A DNA stretch of 32,423 nt from Lentisphaerota bacterium (GTDB lineage: Bacteria > Verrucomicrobiota > Kiritimatiellia > UBA8416 > JAFGTH01): the NCBI GenBank assembly GCA_016934225.1, contig JAFGTH010000113.1, positions 1 to 32,423 on the forward strand, written 5' to 3'. The first letter of the stretch is position 1. Every line of letters begins with the position of its first letter. Under the pieces are notes generated by a model. It saw only the letters and a list, made by a program, of their open reading frames with translations. It ran no database searches and was not told where the DNA came from. Positions 8,727-17,515 of the stretch are shown here, piece by piece. The position numbers and the translations under genes are program-made.

Positions 8727-9485
8727 TCATTTGTATTCCGGACGGTCAATTCCCGGGCTGGGAGAAAAGGTCTTGACTACACGGGCCGGCACACCAAGAG
8801 CCAAACTGTTTGAGGGTATTGGCTTGGTGACAACTGCGCCGGCTCCGACAACACAGTGATCCCCCAATGACGCGTCATCCAGGATCGTCACTCTTGCGCC
8901 AATCCAGGAATTGGCTCCTATGACAAGATCGTTTTCAGACGCTGTGCCGCTCTGATCAGCGAAATCTGTTGCATCGGTATAGTCGTATTCTCCGCCGCTC
9001 AACAGATAGGAATAGGCTCCTATAATGGTTCCGTCCTCAATTGTCAGTTTGTTGGAGGAAAATACCGTGCAGTTCGAGGAAATGTTTACGCGTCTGCCAA
9101 TGTGGATGTCGCCGTTTTTGCAGTAGATACTTGTATTTCTGCCGATAAAAACATTGTCGCCAATTGTAATGCCGTTGTTGTTGTCACCCTTTGCGTCAAT
9201 TAAACACCCATCGTCCACTATCACATTGTCACCGAGACGGATTTTGCAGGGGTGGCGAAGCGTCACATTTCTGCCGACAGCAAGATGTTGTCCGCAAGCG
9301 CCGAATAATGACGGATAAAGACTTCTGCGAAGAAGCAAACCCAATGCGCCGGGCACGGCATTTGAGACAAGCATCACAAACTCAGTCCATATCACCTGCG
9401 AAAGCGGCGCATTTCCGTAATAAAGATCTCTGTAAATTCTGAATGAAGATTTGTCGCGATTTGCCTGTACCGTTCCGATTTTCAT
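8727..9485 (-). CDS. Hexapeptide-repeat (LbH) acyl/acetyltransferase
   Basis: Repeated [LIV]-G-x4 hexapeptides (IRLGDNVIVDDGCLI, ITIGDNVFIGRNTSI, IHIGRRVNISSNCTV, VIGANSWIGARVTIL, LGDHCVVGAGAVV). I prefer the ATG at 9485 (MKIGTVQ...), which is preceded by GAGAGG. The ORF-track start at 9578 would overlap the asnB-like gene by 38 nt. Confidence 0.8.
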   Translation of the reverse strand: MKIGTVQANRDKSSFRIYRDLYYGNAPLSQVIWTEFVMLVSNAVPGALGLLLRRSLYPSLFGACGQHLAVGRNVTLRHPCKIRLGDNVIVDDGCLIDAKGDNNNGITIGDNVFIGRNTSIYCKNGDIHIGRRVNISSNCTVFSSNKLTIEDGTIIGAYSYLLSGGEYDYTDATDFADQSGTASENDLVIGANSWIGARVTILDDASLGDHCVVGAGAVVTKPIPSNSLALGVPARVVKTFSPSPGIDRPEYK

Positions 9486-9540
9486 GTAACTAACCTCTCT
9501 CGCGGGACAGTTTCCCATATACAGAGCTGATTGCTCAGGC

Positions 9541-11409
9541 TCAATCATGCACGGCGAATTTATGTTGCCACACCGCAATGTTCATAAGCGCCCACAGCAC
9601 ATGGTTATGGTTATGTTTCATAGCCAAATGCTCGCTTATGAGGCGATTGACATATTCAATATTCATATTATGGCGGATGATCGGTGATTCATTCAGCAGT
9701 GCAATCATATACTCTTTAAGTTGGCCTCTCAATAGATTCTTCACCGGCAGGCTGTAGCCTTGTTTGCCGCGATTCACGATATTGTTCGGCAGAATGCCGT
9801 CCAGCGCCGATCGGAACACATGTTTAGTGCGGAGGCCTTTAAGTTTCCAATTGCCCGGAAGAGAGGCCATGAATTCAACGAATACATGATCCAGCAACGG
9901 AACTCGTATCTCCAGAGAACTGGCCATGCTCATCTTATCTACTTTCATGAGCACACTGTCCGTCATCATGAACCGCATATCGAGATAAATCTCTTTATTT
10001 ACCGAGTCGTTGGCGTCGCATTTTGCCGCAGCGTCCCTGACCTGTCGAAATGGGTCGTCGCAGACATTAAAGAGATCGTTTTTCATTAACATGCGATTGC
10101 GCTGTTCCGTAGTGAAATACTGCCATCTCAGATGCGCTCCGTCTTCAGGCAGGCTGGAGCCTTCAACAAAGCGCTTGAGCATGTTGATTGCGCCCTTTTT
10201 CTGCGGCTGGTCGGGGAGTGCATCTACAAGTTTCTCAATGATACCGCGCCTGATCGGCGCCGGTATGACGCTGAACCAGCGATTGATACGACTAGCCTTA
10301 AAGCGATCGTAACCTGCGAAACTTTCGTCGCCGCCTTCTCCGCTCAGGCAAACAGTTACGTGTTTCTTCGCCTGTTGACACACAAGAAACAGAGGCACCG
10401 CCGACAGGTCGGTCATCGGTTCGTCAAGATGCCATAGCGCTTTTTCCACATGCTCTGTCTGTAAGTCGTCTATCATGAGAATCTGATGTTCGGTCGCAAA
10501 ATAATCGGCGACCTGTTGCGCGTAGTCGAGTTCGCTGAAGGTTTTGTCATGATAGCCGATGGTGAATGTCTTAATGGGTCCGGTTATATGCCGTCTCATC
10601 ATGGCCACTATGGCGCTCGAATCAAGTCCGCCTGAGAGAAACACACCGAGCGGCACGTCGCTGACCAGATGGCTCCTGACGGCTTCATCCAACAGTTGCC
10701 GTTCTTGTTCTACGGCGGCCGAGTATGACAAATGTTGTGGAGCGGGATCGAAATTCAGGTCCCAGTATTGTTCCAGATGGATTGCGCCGTTCTTGTAAAG
10801 CAGACAGCAGCCGGCAGGAAGTTTGTTGATGCCTTCGAACATTGTGTTCGGCGCCGGAACGAACTCAAATCCCACATAGTCATAAAGAGCTTGCCGATTA
10901 AGTTTTCTTTCGATCTGCGGATTTTCCAGAATTGCCTTTATTTCGGATGCGAACGTAAGTCTTCCGTTTGACAGGTGATAATAAAGCGGTTTGATGCCGA
11001 TTCTGTCCCTGGCGAGGAATATAGTTTGTTGTGAAGCGTCCCATATGGCGAAGGCAAACATTCCGCGCAGTTTGTGTATGGACTCAACGCCGAATTCTTC
11101 GTAGGCGTGGACGATAACTTCCGAATCGGCGTGACTGGCAAAGACATGGCCTCTGGCTTCGAGGTCGGCGCGAAGCTCTTGAAAATTGTAAATCTCTCCG
11201 TTGAAAACGAGACGAATAGAACCATCTTCGTTCGACATTGGTTGTCGGCCATGCTCGCTGAGATCTATGATGCTAAGTCGTCTGTGGCCCAGCGATATTC
11301 CTTCTGCACAGAAGACGCCCTGTTGATCCGGCCCCCTGTGGATCATGGTATCCGTCATCCGGGCAACAAGATTGTCATCTTTCCAGTTAAACCCGCAAAT
11401 ACCGCACAT
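9541..11409 (-). CDS. asnB: Asparagine synthase (glutamine-hydrolysing) family amidotransferase
   Basis: N-terminal Ntn nucleophile MCGICGF. PP-loop FLSGGLDSSAIVAMM. 622 aa. In a glycan locus, enzymes of this family often amidate a sugar carboxylate rather than make asparagine. Confidence 0.85.
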   Translation of the reverse strand: MCGICGFNWKDDNLVARMTDTMIHRGPDQQGVFCAEGISLGHRRLSIIDLSEHGRQPMSNEDGSIRLVFNGEIYNFQELRADLEARGHVFASHADSEVIVHAYEEFGVESIHKLRGMFAFAIWDASQQTIFLARDRIGIKPLYYHLSNGRLTFASEIKAILENPQIERKLNRQALYDYVGFEFVPAPNTMFEGINKLPAGCCLLYKNGAIHLEQYWDLNFDPAPQHLSYSAAVEQERQLLDEAVRSHLVSDVPLGVFLSGGLDSSAIVAMMRRHITGPIKTFTIGYHDKTFSELDYAQQVADYFATEHQILMIDDLQTEHVEKALWHLDEPMTDLSAVPLFLVCQQAKKHVTVCLSGEGGDESFAGYDRFKASRINRWFSVIPAPIRRGIIEKLVDALPDQPQKKGAINMLKRFVEGSSLPEDGAHLRWQYFTTEQRNRMLMKNDLFNVCDDPFRQVRDAAAKCDANDSVNKEIYLDMRFMMTDSVLMKVDKMSMASSLEIRVPLLDHVFVEFMASLPGNWKLKGLRTKHVFRSALDGILPNNIVNRGKQGYSLPVKNLLRGQLKEYMIALLNESPIIRHNMNIEYVNRLISEHLAMKHNHNHVLWALMNIAVWQHKFAVHD

Positions 11410-11475
11410 GTTCTATATCTCCGCTCCGCATTACAGCTTGTTATTCATGCTGCATTGAGTGAACACCGCAGAGTG

Positions 11476-12462
11476 CTATTTCAGATATCTGTTTGCTTTA
11501 TACCATTCGTATGTTTGCCGTAGCCCCGTGTCCAGATCAATTTTTGGCTCGTATCCGAGTTCTCGTCGAGCTTTGTCTATTTTAAAAGCTCTGTTCTGTC
11601 GGAACCAGTCGGCGCGTCGCCGGAACAAAGGGGGATCCACATGCAGCGGAATATACGCGAGTTCCACGAGCGCCGACAACCAGTACAGCGGCCAAAAAGG
11701 AAAATGACGAATCTTTAAATTGGGGTTCATAATGGCGCCTATCTTTCGCACAATTTCCTCAATCGTATAATATTTGGAGTCGGCAATGATATAGACTTGT
11801 CCTTTCGCTTCCGGCCTGCTGGCGGCCAGTTCGAATGCGTCGTTAAAATTGTCAATATGGAGCGGATGATATAGCGCGTTACCGTTGCCGAAAAAAGGGA
11901 ACATTCCCGAACCCACCCGTTTGAAAAGCATCAGAAATCTGCCGGGATCACCTGGGCCATATATGGCGGTTGGACGCAGTATGGTAATGTCCATACCGCT
12001 TCTAATAAATTCTTGCGCCACTTTTTCGCCCTCATATTTGGTAAATTGATAGTAATCCTCCGGCGCAATAGGAGTCATTTCATCGCCGGGAGGGTTGTCT
12101 ACGTTGCCGTGTACACCCTGAGTGCTGCAATAAACAATCTTACGGACATTTTTTTCGCCTGCGATTTCCAGAAGTCTGCGCATGGCCGTCACGTTCGTAT
12201 TCCAGTAAACCTTTTTAGGGAGATTGACCTTCCGGAATGCGGCAGCAAGATGAAAAATTACTTCGCAATCGCCGATGGCGTCTTTTAGTATCCGCTCATC
12301 AGTGACACTGCCGAGCAGGATTCTTGCGCCGTTTTTCTCCAGATCCTCATAAACCATGCCCTTTTCATTGTCCAATACCACCACTTCATGACCTTTTGAC
12401 AGCAGTCTTCGAACAAGGTGACTGCCGGTGAATCCGGTCCCTCCAGTTACCAATGCCTTCAT
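11476..12462 (-). CDS. NAD-dependent nucleotide-sugar epimerase/dehydratase (extended SDR)
   Basis: Rossmann motif MKALVTGGTGFTGSHL, catalytic YxxxK (YQFTK), 328 aa. ATG at 12462 is preceded by GGGGGAG. Confidence 0.85.
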   Translation of the reverse strand: MKALVTGGTGFTGSHLVRRLLSKGHEVVVLDNEKGMVYEDLEKNGARILLGSVTDERILKDAIGDCEVIFHLAAAFRKVNLPKKVYWNTNVTAMRRLLEIAGEKNVRKIVYCSTQGVHGNVDNPPGDEMTPIAPEDYYQFTKYEGEKVAQEFIRSGMDITILRPTAIYGPGDPGRFLMLFKRVGSGMFPFFGNGNALYHPLHIDNFNDAFELAASRPEAKGQVYIIADSKYYTIEEIVRKIGAIMNPNLKIRHFPFWPLYWLSALVELAYIPLHVDPPLFRRRADWFRQNRAFKIDKARRELGYEPKIDLDTGLRQTYEWYKANRYLK

Positions 12463-12569
12463 GTGTCTCCCCCGTTTTGAATTAGATGAGTTCGTAAAAC
12501 CAAAATCATGAACAGAATAACTTCGCGTTGTGCGCGAGAAATATCCGTGTGCCTGTTGTTAATCTGCAA

Positions 12570-13364
12570 TTATATCTCTTTTCCGAGCCTTTCACTGCTG
12601 TTCTGTAAGGGTGAATGTTCTTTTTTTACAAATTCGACAATTACCGGCGAACCCCATAGCGCCGTCAAGCCAAGCAGCGCGCAGCAATATTCCGCCGAAG
12701 CCGACAATGTGCGGCATCGCATTAAACGATGCAAGACCATTGGTAATAAAAACTGTGGTTTGCGAACGTTCTGAACAAATTCATTCTTTTCGAATTCATC
12801 TCGTACTTGCCTGTGTTTGAACAGTTTCCATGTGCGGGTATTGGTCTCGATTTTTCTTTTGGCTTCAAACAGCATTGGAGCAATTGCATTAACGCTTTGA
12901 CTCGTAGGATAGTCAACTATGACATATTGTCGGGCAACACGACATAACTCTCGGACAAGAACGGGCCATTGTGTGCAATGTGTCAGCATTCGAAAGCTGA
13001 TAACCGTGTCAAAAGAGTTATCGCGAAACGGTAAATCTATTACATTTCCGACCCGGAAAAGACACTGTCCCGAGTCTACAATATCAGAGATTCGTTTCCT
13101 GCAGGATTCTGAGCTTCCCAGCACCGTAACTGAGTAGCCGTTACGGCACAAGGGTATCGCAAGTTGTCCGTGCCCGCCGCCGACATCAAGAATTGTATCC
13201 TTGCGCCGACTCTTGAGCAGGCGAAGCGTGATTTTCTCTTGAACTGACAGCATCCATTCTCCTGTAGAACCGGTGAAACGGGTTGCGTAATCGTCCGAAG
13301 ACGTTTCTATATCGGCTGTTTCCGGAAACGGCGATACGGTCAATTGTTGTGTGTCCTGTGACAT
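12570..13364 (-). CDS. Class I SAM-dependent methyltransferase
   Basis: Motif I ILDVGGGHGQLAIPL. I prefer the ATG at 13364 (MSQDTQQL...). The ORF-track start at 13409 is a TTG and remains possible. Confidence 0.75.
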   Translation of the reverse strand: MSQDTQQLTVSPFPETADIETSSDDYATRFTGSTGEWMLSVQEKITLRLLKSRRKDTILDVGGGHGQLAIPLCRNGYSVTVLGSSESCRKRISDIVDSGQCLFRVGNVIDLPFRDNSFDTVISFRMLTHCTQWPVLVRELCRVARQYVIVDYPTSQSVNAIAPMLFEAKRKIETNTRTWKLFKHRQVRDEFEKNEFVQNVRKPQFLLPMVLHRLMRCRTLSASAEYCCALLGLTALWGSPVIVEFVKKEHSPLQNSSERLGKEI

Positions 13365-13464
13365 AAGAATACGTTCATCAGATAAATAAGACGCAACATA
13401 GCAGATCAAACCGTAATGTCCAAGAAACTATGAGTGTAAAGACAAATGCATTAAAATCGCGTTA

Positions 13465-14349
13465 TTATGCGAGACCGAAACGCTGTCGGTGCTCGAACCA
13501 TATCTTCATTTTGGGAAGATCCGGCGCCTGCAAGGGCTTGACCCCGGCGTAATGCAAAAGTCGCACGTCAGGATCGCGCTGTTGGTCGTTCCAGAAAAAT
13601 TCGGCATGGCAGTTGAAGTCCGGTGATATATACCGCACGCGTTTGAATCGGAAGAAGCGGTTGATTATATCCTGGTCAGCAACTGCGCCGCTGGGATGTT
13701 TGAACAATTCGGCATATACCGATTCGTTCAAATATTTGCGTCCGATTGACATAACACCGGTATTGACTCCGCGGCTGAGTGTTCTGTATCCGGCGAGTCT
13801 CCGCTTGCGCGCCAAGTCTCGTCCCGGCATGCAGGCCGCGAAGTCGGCGCGAAGCGTGAACAAAGAGGAGATATCGCCGAGGCACAACATATCGGAGTCG
13901 AGAAAAACAATACGATCGAACTCCGTATGTCGAAAACACTCCAGCGAAAACAATGCAGGGATCATATGTTCCGGGGTTTGTCCTGCCAGCGCGCGGTATT
14001 TTTCTTCATTAATTTCAAGGAATTGAAACTTGTCATATAGATTAGACAATTCATTTTGATTGAATTGGGAAAGAGGAGAAAGGTTTTTACTATAGAATAC
14101 GAGCCAAGGCAAAGACAACCATGGGTTGTGAAGCCTTACTGATTTCAGAAACACAAGAAAGTAAGGAAAAAATTTATCGTTCAATACCGTGGCGCAGGCC
14201 GTGTTCTCCGAAGCGTGAATTATTCCAGATGTTAAAGTTGATTCATGATTCACCGGGTCAAAGAAGATATCCGTTTTATCCCATGCACATACAAATCCGT
14301 TCGCAACCCGTTTAACCAGCAGCCAGATTAACCTGATTATTTTTCTCAT
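13465..14349 (-). CDS. Glycosyltransferase family 8 (retaining, LPS galactosyl/glucosyltransferase-like)
   Basis: DxD motif IVFLDSDMLCLGDISSLF, VNTGVMSI, and ADQDIINRFF. These are the typical GT8 blocks. Confidence 0.8.
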   Translation of the reverse strand: MRKIIRLIWLLVKRVANGFVCAWDKTDIFFDPVNHESTLTSGIIHASENTACATVLNDKFFPYFLVFLKSVRLHNPWLSLPWLVFYSKNLSPLSQFNQNELSNLYDKFQFLEINEEKYRALAGQTPEHMIPALFSLECFRHTEFDRIVFLDSDMLCLGDISSLFTLRADFAACMPGRDLARKRRLAGYRTLSRGVNTGVMSIGRKYLNESVYAELFKHPSGAVADQDIINRFFRFKRVRYISPDFNCHAEFFWNDQQRDPDVRLLHYAGVKPLQAPDLPKMKIWFEHRQRFGLA

Positions 14350-14467
14350 GAGAAAATCATGCGATCGAAAGATCTAATACTCAAGTAATATGCAGCAACT
14401 GCAAATATTTGGCTATATTTTACTGCTTTTCTTTTTCTATCCTTCACCGCGATTTCTTGCGACCTGG

Positions 14468-14489
14468 TCTTTGGCGGTCTTGCCAAAGA
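14468..14489. promoter_or_regulatory. Perfect 8-bp inverted repeat (tctttggc-N6-gccaaaga) in a divergent promoter region
   Basis: Read directly: tctttggc at 14468-14475 and gccaaaga at 14482-14489. It lies 27 nt upstream of the GT4 ATG (14516), between divergent genes (GT8 start 14349, GT4 start 14516). A direct repeat ggtctt (14466-14471 and 14476-14481) is interleaved with it. Confidence 0.35.
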
Positions 14490-14515
14490 TTGCTCAAGCA
14501 AGGTATAGTTCATTA

Positions 14516-15688
14516 ATGAAAAAGGTTCTGTTTATCTCATCACAACCGTTTTTCCAATGGCGCGGTTCACCTATTCGCGTTGGATTTGACGTTCGGGTTT
14601 TGGCTGAGGCCGGATTTGCGGTGGATCTTTTAACATTGCCGATCGGCGATTCCAAAGAGATCACAGGGGTGCGGGTGATCAGGACGCCAAATCTGTTTCT
14701 GGTTAAGAATGTGCCCATCGGCCCTTCATTGGCCAAAGCGGCATTCGATGTGCTGTTGTTCTTTCACGGGATTTTGCTCATAGTTCGAAACAGATACAGT
14801 GTTATTCATTGCGTAGAGGACGCCGGCGTGATTGGCGTGGCGCTTTCTCGAATCGCGCGTGTGCCTCTTGTGTTCGAAAAACATTCCGATCCGTTATCGT
14901 ATGGAAAGGGCCGTTTCCGCAACATATTGATGAAGATTTATGGCAGGGTTGAGGTGTTTGTTGCCCGTTGTGCGGCGGCGACAATCGGTACAGGACAAGG
15001 GCTTGTTGATCAATTGCTGGCAATGGGAACCGGTCGTCCGGTTCATCATATATTCGATATTCCTTCCTCATTGACCAGGGCGACTCCAGAAAAAACCGCT
15101 GCGGTGCGAAACACGCTCAAACACGAGCCGAACGAGATGTTGATAATGTTTGTCGGTTCGTTTGCCGTTTATCAAGGAGTAGATCTGATTCTTGAATCTG
15201 TAGCCAAAGTTGTTTCCCTGCACAGCAACGCAAGATTTATTATAATTGGAGGAACTTCCGCGGAAATTGCGGCCAGGAAAAAGATTGTTGATGCCGCTGG
15301 GTGTAGCTCCGCTGTTTCATTTATTGGGAAAGTGCATCCGGACAAGCTTCCGAATTATCTGGCAGCAGCCGATATATTGCTTTCTCCAAGACTTGCCGGT
15401 GTGAACACGCCTTTGAAGATTCTGGATTACCTTAAAGCAGGCAGGGCCATTGTGGCGACAGATACCGAATCAAACAGACTGATTCTGGATCGCGGCATTG
15501 CCCTGTTGGCTAAACCGGATTCGAATGCGTTTGCCGAAGCCATTTGCGCGCTTTTGTCGAACGATTCGCTGAAAAACGAACTGGCGCGGAAAGGACATGA
15601 TCTGATCGAGAACCTCTACAATTTTGAGGAATTTAAACGTCGGCTCATAGCATGCTACGACGAAATTCTGGAGACCAAAGAGAAATGA
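14516..15688 (+). CDS. Glycosyltransferase family 4/GT1 (GT-B fold)
   Basis: Typical N-terminus MKKVLFISSQPFFQWRGSPIRV. C-terminal nucleotide-sugar region is FVGSFAVYQGVDL...FIIIGG...NTPLKILDYLKAGRAIVATD. The 42-codon upstream extension in the ORF track (from 14390) looks non-coding. Confidence 0.75.
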   Translation: MKKVLFISSQPFFQWRGSPIRVGFDVRVLAEAGFAVDLLTLPIGDSKEITGVRVIRTPNLFLVKNVPIGPSLAKAAFDVLLFFHGILLIVRNRYSVIHCVEDAGVIGVALSRIARVPLVFEKHSDPLSYGKGRFRNILMKIYGRVEVFVARCAAATIGTGQGLVDQLLAMGTGRPVHHIFDIPSSLTRATPEKTAAVRNTLKHEPNEMLIMFVGSFAVYQGVDLILESVAKVVSLHSNARFIIIGGTSAEIAARKKIVDAAGCSSAVSFIGKVHPDKLPNYLAAADILLSPRLAGVNTPLKILDYLKAGRAIVATDTESNRLILDRGIALLAKPDSNAFAEAICALLSNDSLKNELARKGHDLIENLYNFEEFKRRLIACYDEILETKEK

Positions 15689-16467
15689 CAGTAATTGCCG
15701 ATACCCACTTTCACATGTATCCCTGCTACAATCTCGATTCCTCGCTCCGGTATTTGTGGAAGAATCTGAGCAGTCATGGTTATGCGGACGCGCAGAAAGC
15801 GGCGTTTCTTGTCGAACGCCACGACTGTCACTTTTTTGATGAGTTGGCGGCAGGAGCCGTCAAAACGAATGAAATTGAATCTCAATCCATTCTCGAATCG
15901 GCATGTCTGTGTATTAAATTCGGTGACTGCTCCGACGACATGTTGGTGTTTGCCGGTCGTCAAATTGTGACTGCCGAGCGCATAGAGATTCTGGGTCTGA
16001 CAATGATTTCATCAGTTCCGGATGGTCTGTCGGCTAATGAAACTGTAGCCGCAATCTTGGAATCATCCGGAACGCCGGTGCTTGCATGGGCGCCGGGGAA
16101 ATGGCTGTTCAAAAGAGCTGCTGTTGTCGAAAAATTGTTTGAGGAATTTGCGCCGGGACAGTTGCTTGTTGGCGATACTGCGCTTAGACCGATAATATGG
16201 GCGGAGCCGGTTTTGATGCGGAAGGCGCGATTGAGCGGATTTACAGTAGTGGCAGGGTCGGATCCGCTCCCGTTTGCGGGAGAAGAAACGCGTATGGGCG
16301 GTTATGCGACGATGTTAAGAGGACAAATAAATGCTCTGTATCCGGTTACAACTGTTCGTCGTTTGCTTGGCGTGAAAAATGCCGATACGACTCTTGTCGG
16401 AAAACGTTGCGGACCTTTTTCCGCGGCATACCGGGTCATTCGCATGATGTTGAAACAGCGTTGCTAA
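15685..16467 (+). CDS. Hypothetical protein, possibly a PHP/amidohydrolase-like metal-dependent hydrolase
   Basis: The ATG at 15685 overlaps the GT4 stop (ATGA at 15685-15688). The N-terminus MTVIADTHFHMYP resembles the first His-x-His metal motif of PHP/TatD-type folds. Later blocks are AERIEILGL and VVAGSDPLP. I recognise no confident family. Confidence 0.55.
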   Translation: MTVIADTHFHMYPCYNLDSSLRYLWKNLSSHGYADAQKAAFLVERHDCHFFDELAAGAVKTNEIESQSILESACLCIKFGDCSDDMLVFAGRQIVTAERIEILGLTMISSVPDGLSANETVAAILESSGTPVLAWAPGKWLFKRAAVVEKLFEEFAPGQLLVGDTALRPIIWAEPVLMRKARLSGFTVVAGSDPLPFAGEETRMGGYATMLRGQINALYPVTTVRRLLGVKNADTTLVGKRCGPFSAAYRVIRMMLKQRC

Positions 16468-17228
16468 ACCGTGCCAATCTTCTGTCGTTCCCAGAGCTTG
16501 GCGTATTTTGCAAAGACGCCATATGCAGTTGTGACTGCTATAATTAACCCTGGGAGACCGTCAAGAAACCCTCGCTTTAAAAAATAACATCGTATGAACT
16601 TAAACCATGGCCTGAAAATTAAATTAAAGATCTTAAAAGAAGCGTGCTCGTTGTCCAGGCTTTCCGCCGTAATGCTTGAGAACTTGTTTATGGTGCTTAA
16701 TTGGTCGCTTATGCCGGTATAAGTATAGTGGTAAAGATTGCCGGACAGTCTTTTCACCGCTCCGTTGACCGTTGTGCGATCATGTGGTTCCTGACCGCCG
16801 CATGTGCCGAGCGCTTTACGGAAAAGACGCAATTTTGCATCCGGGTACCAATCGCCGTGAGTAATCCATCTGCCAAGGTATCTAACCAGACGCGGAAATT
16901 CGTAACCGGCATAATTCTTATTGGAGCCCGATTCGAATTCGCCGAGTATCTCGTCGCGCAGTTGGTCAGATACTTCTTCGTCTGCGTCAATAAATAGGAT
17001 CCATGGGCCGGATGCGAAGTCTTTGATGAGGTTCTTTTGGCCTATGTATCCAAGCCACTTGTGCTGGTAAACCAGATCGGTATATTCCTTGCATATCGCC
17101 ACTGTCCGATCCGTGCTGAAACTGTCCACAACGACTATTTCGTCAACCCACTTAACGCTTTCCAGACATCGTCGAATATTATTTTCTTCATTACCGGCTG
17201 TTATGCAGGCGGAGATTCGTTCTCGCAT
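16464..17228 (-). CDS. Glycosyltransferase family 2 (LPS-core WaaE/KdtX-like)
   Basis: ISACITAGNEENNIRRCLESVKWVDEIVVVDSFSTDRT followed by ILFIDADEEV (the DxD motif). ATG at 17228 is preceded by AAGGGGAG. The 3' end overlaps the convergent PHP-like gene by 4 nt. Confidence 0.8.
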   Translation of the reverse strand: MRERISACITAGNEENNIRRCLESVKWVDEIVVVDSFSTDRTVAICKEYTDLVYQHKWLGYIGQKNLIKDFASGPWILFIDADEEVSDQLRDEILGEFESGSNKNYAGYEFPRLVRYLGRWITHGDWYPDAKLRLFRKALGTCGGQEPHDRTTVNGAVKRLSGNLYHYTYTGISDQLSTINKFSSITAESLDNEHASFKIFNLIFRPWFKFIRCYFLKRGFLDGLPGLIIAVTTAYGVFAKYAKLWERQKIGTV

Positions 17229-17458
17229 TTGTAATAACTCCCCTTGGGCGACATAGCTCGCGACTACACAGTAACGCGTCTTCAGAATTTGATGTAACGT
17301 TATCCCAGAAAACTGTTATTCGCAAGAACTCAATGACGGAAGACAAGGGTGAATACGATGAACTTAATTGCATAAGACAGTAATTAATCGCAGATATCAA
17401 ACATAGCAACTGTGGAAAAATACCGGGCAGAAGCATAGCCGGCAATTTGTAGTGTCAT

Positions 17459-17487
17459 TTGTCGGATTTTGTGATAGATAGTAATAA
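17459..17487 (+). promoter_or_regulatory. Candidate sigma70-like promoter for the GT2-murCB-ddl-ftsQAZ unit
   Basis: TTGTCG (17459-17464), a 17-nt spacer, then TAATAA (17482-17487), about 30 nt upstream of the GTG start at 17516. This is a pattern match only, and the promoter consensus for this organism is unknown. Confidence 0.2.
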
Positions 17488-17515
17488 AAGATCACATAAT
17501 AGGAGGCTTTCTATC

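Noticed and set aside
14390-14515. 42-codon N-terminal extension of the GT4 ORF given in the track
   Set aside because: The extension reads through the palindrome-containing divergent promoter region. The ATG at 14516 yields a canonical GT4 N-terminus (MKKVLFISS...).
17191-17445. 84-aa minus-strand ORF in the GT2/GtrB-like divergent region
   Set aside because: It overlaps the 5' end of the GT2 gene in another frame. It has no Shine-Dalgarno sequence and no recognisable features. The region is more plausibly promoter DNA.
17470-17496. CRP/FNR-type binding sites (this repeat and the one at 30895-30919)
   Set aside because: Both contain TGTGA/TCACA half-sites, but the spacings (N16 between the core pentamers here; reversed half-site order with N11 at 30895) do not match the TGTGA-N6-TCACA architecture. 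I report them only as generic inverted repeats.
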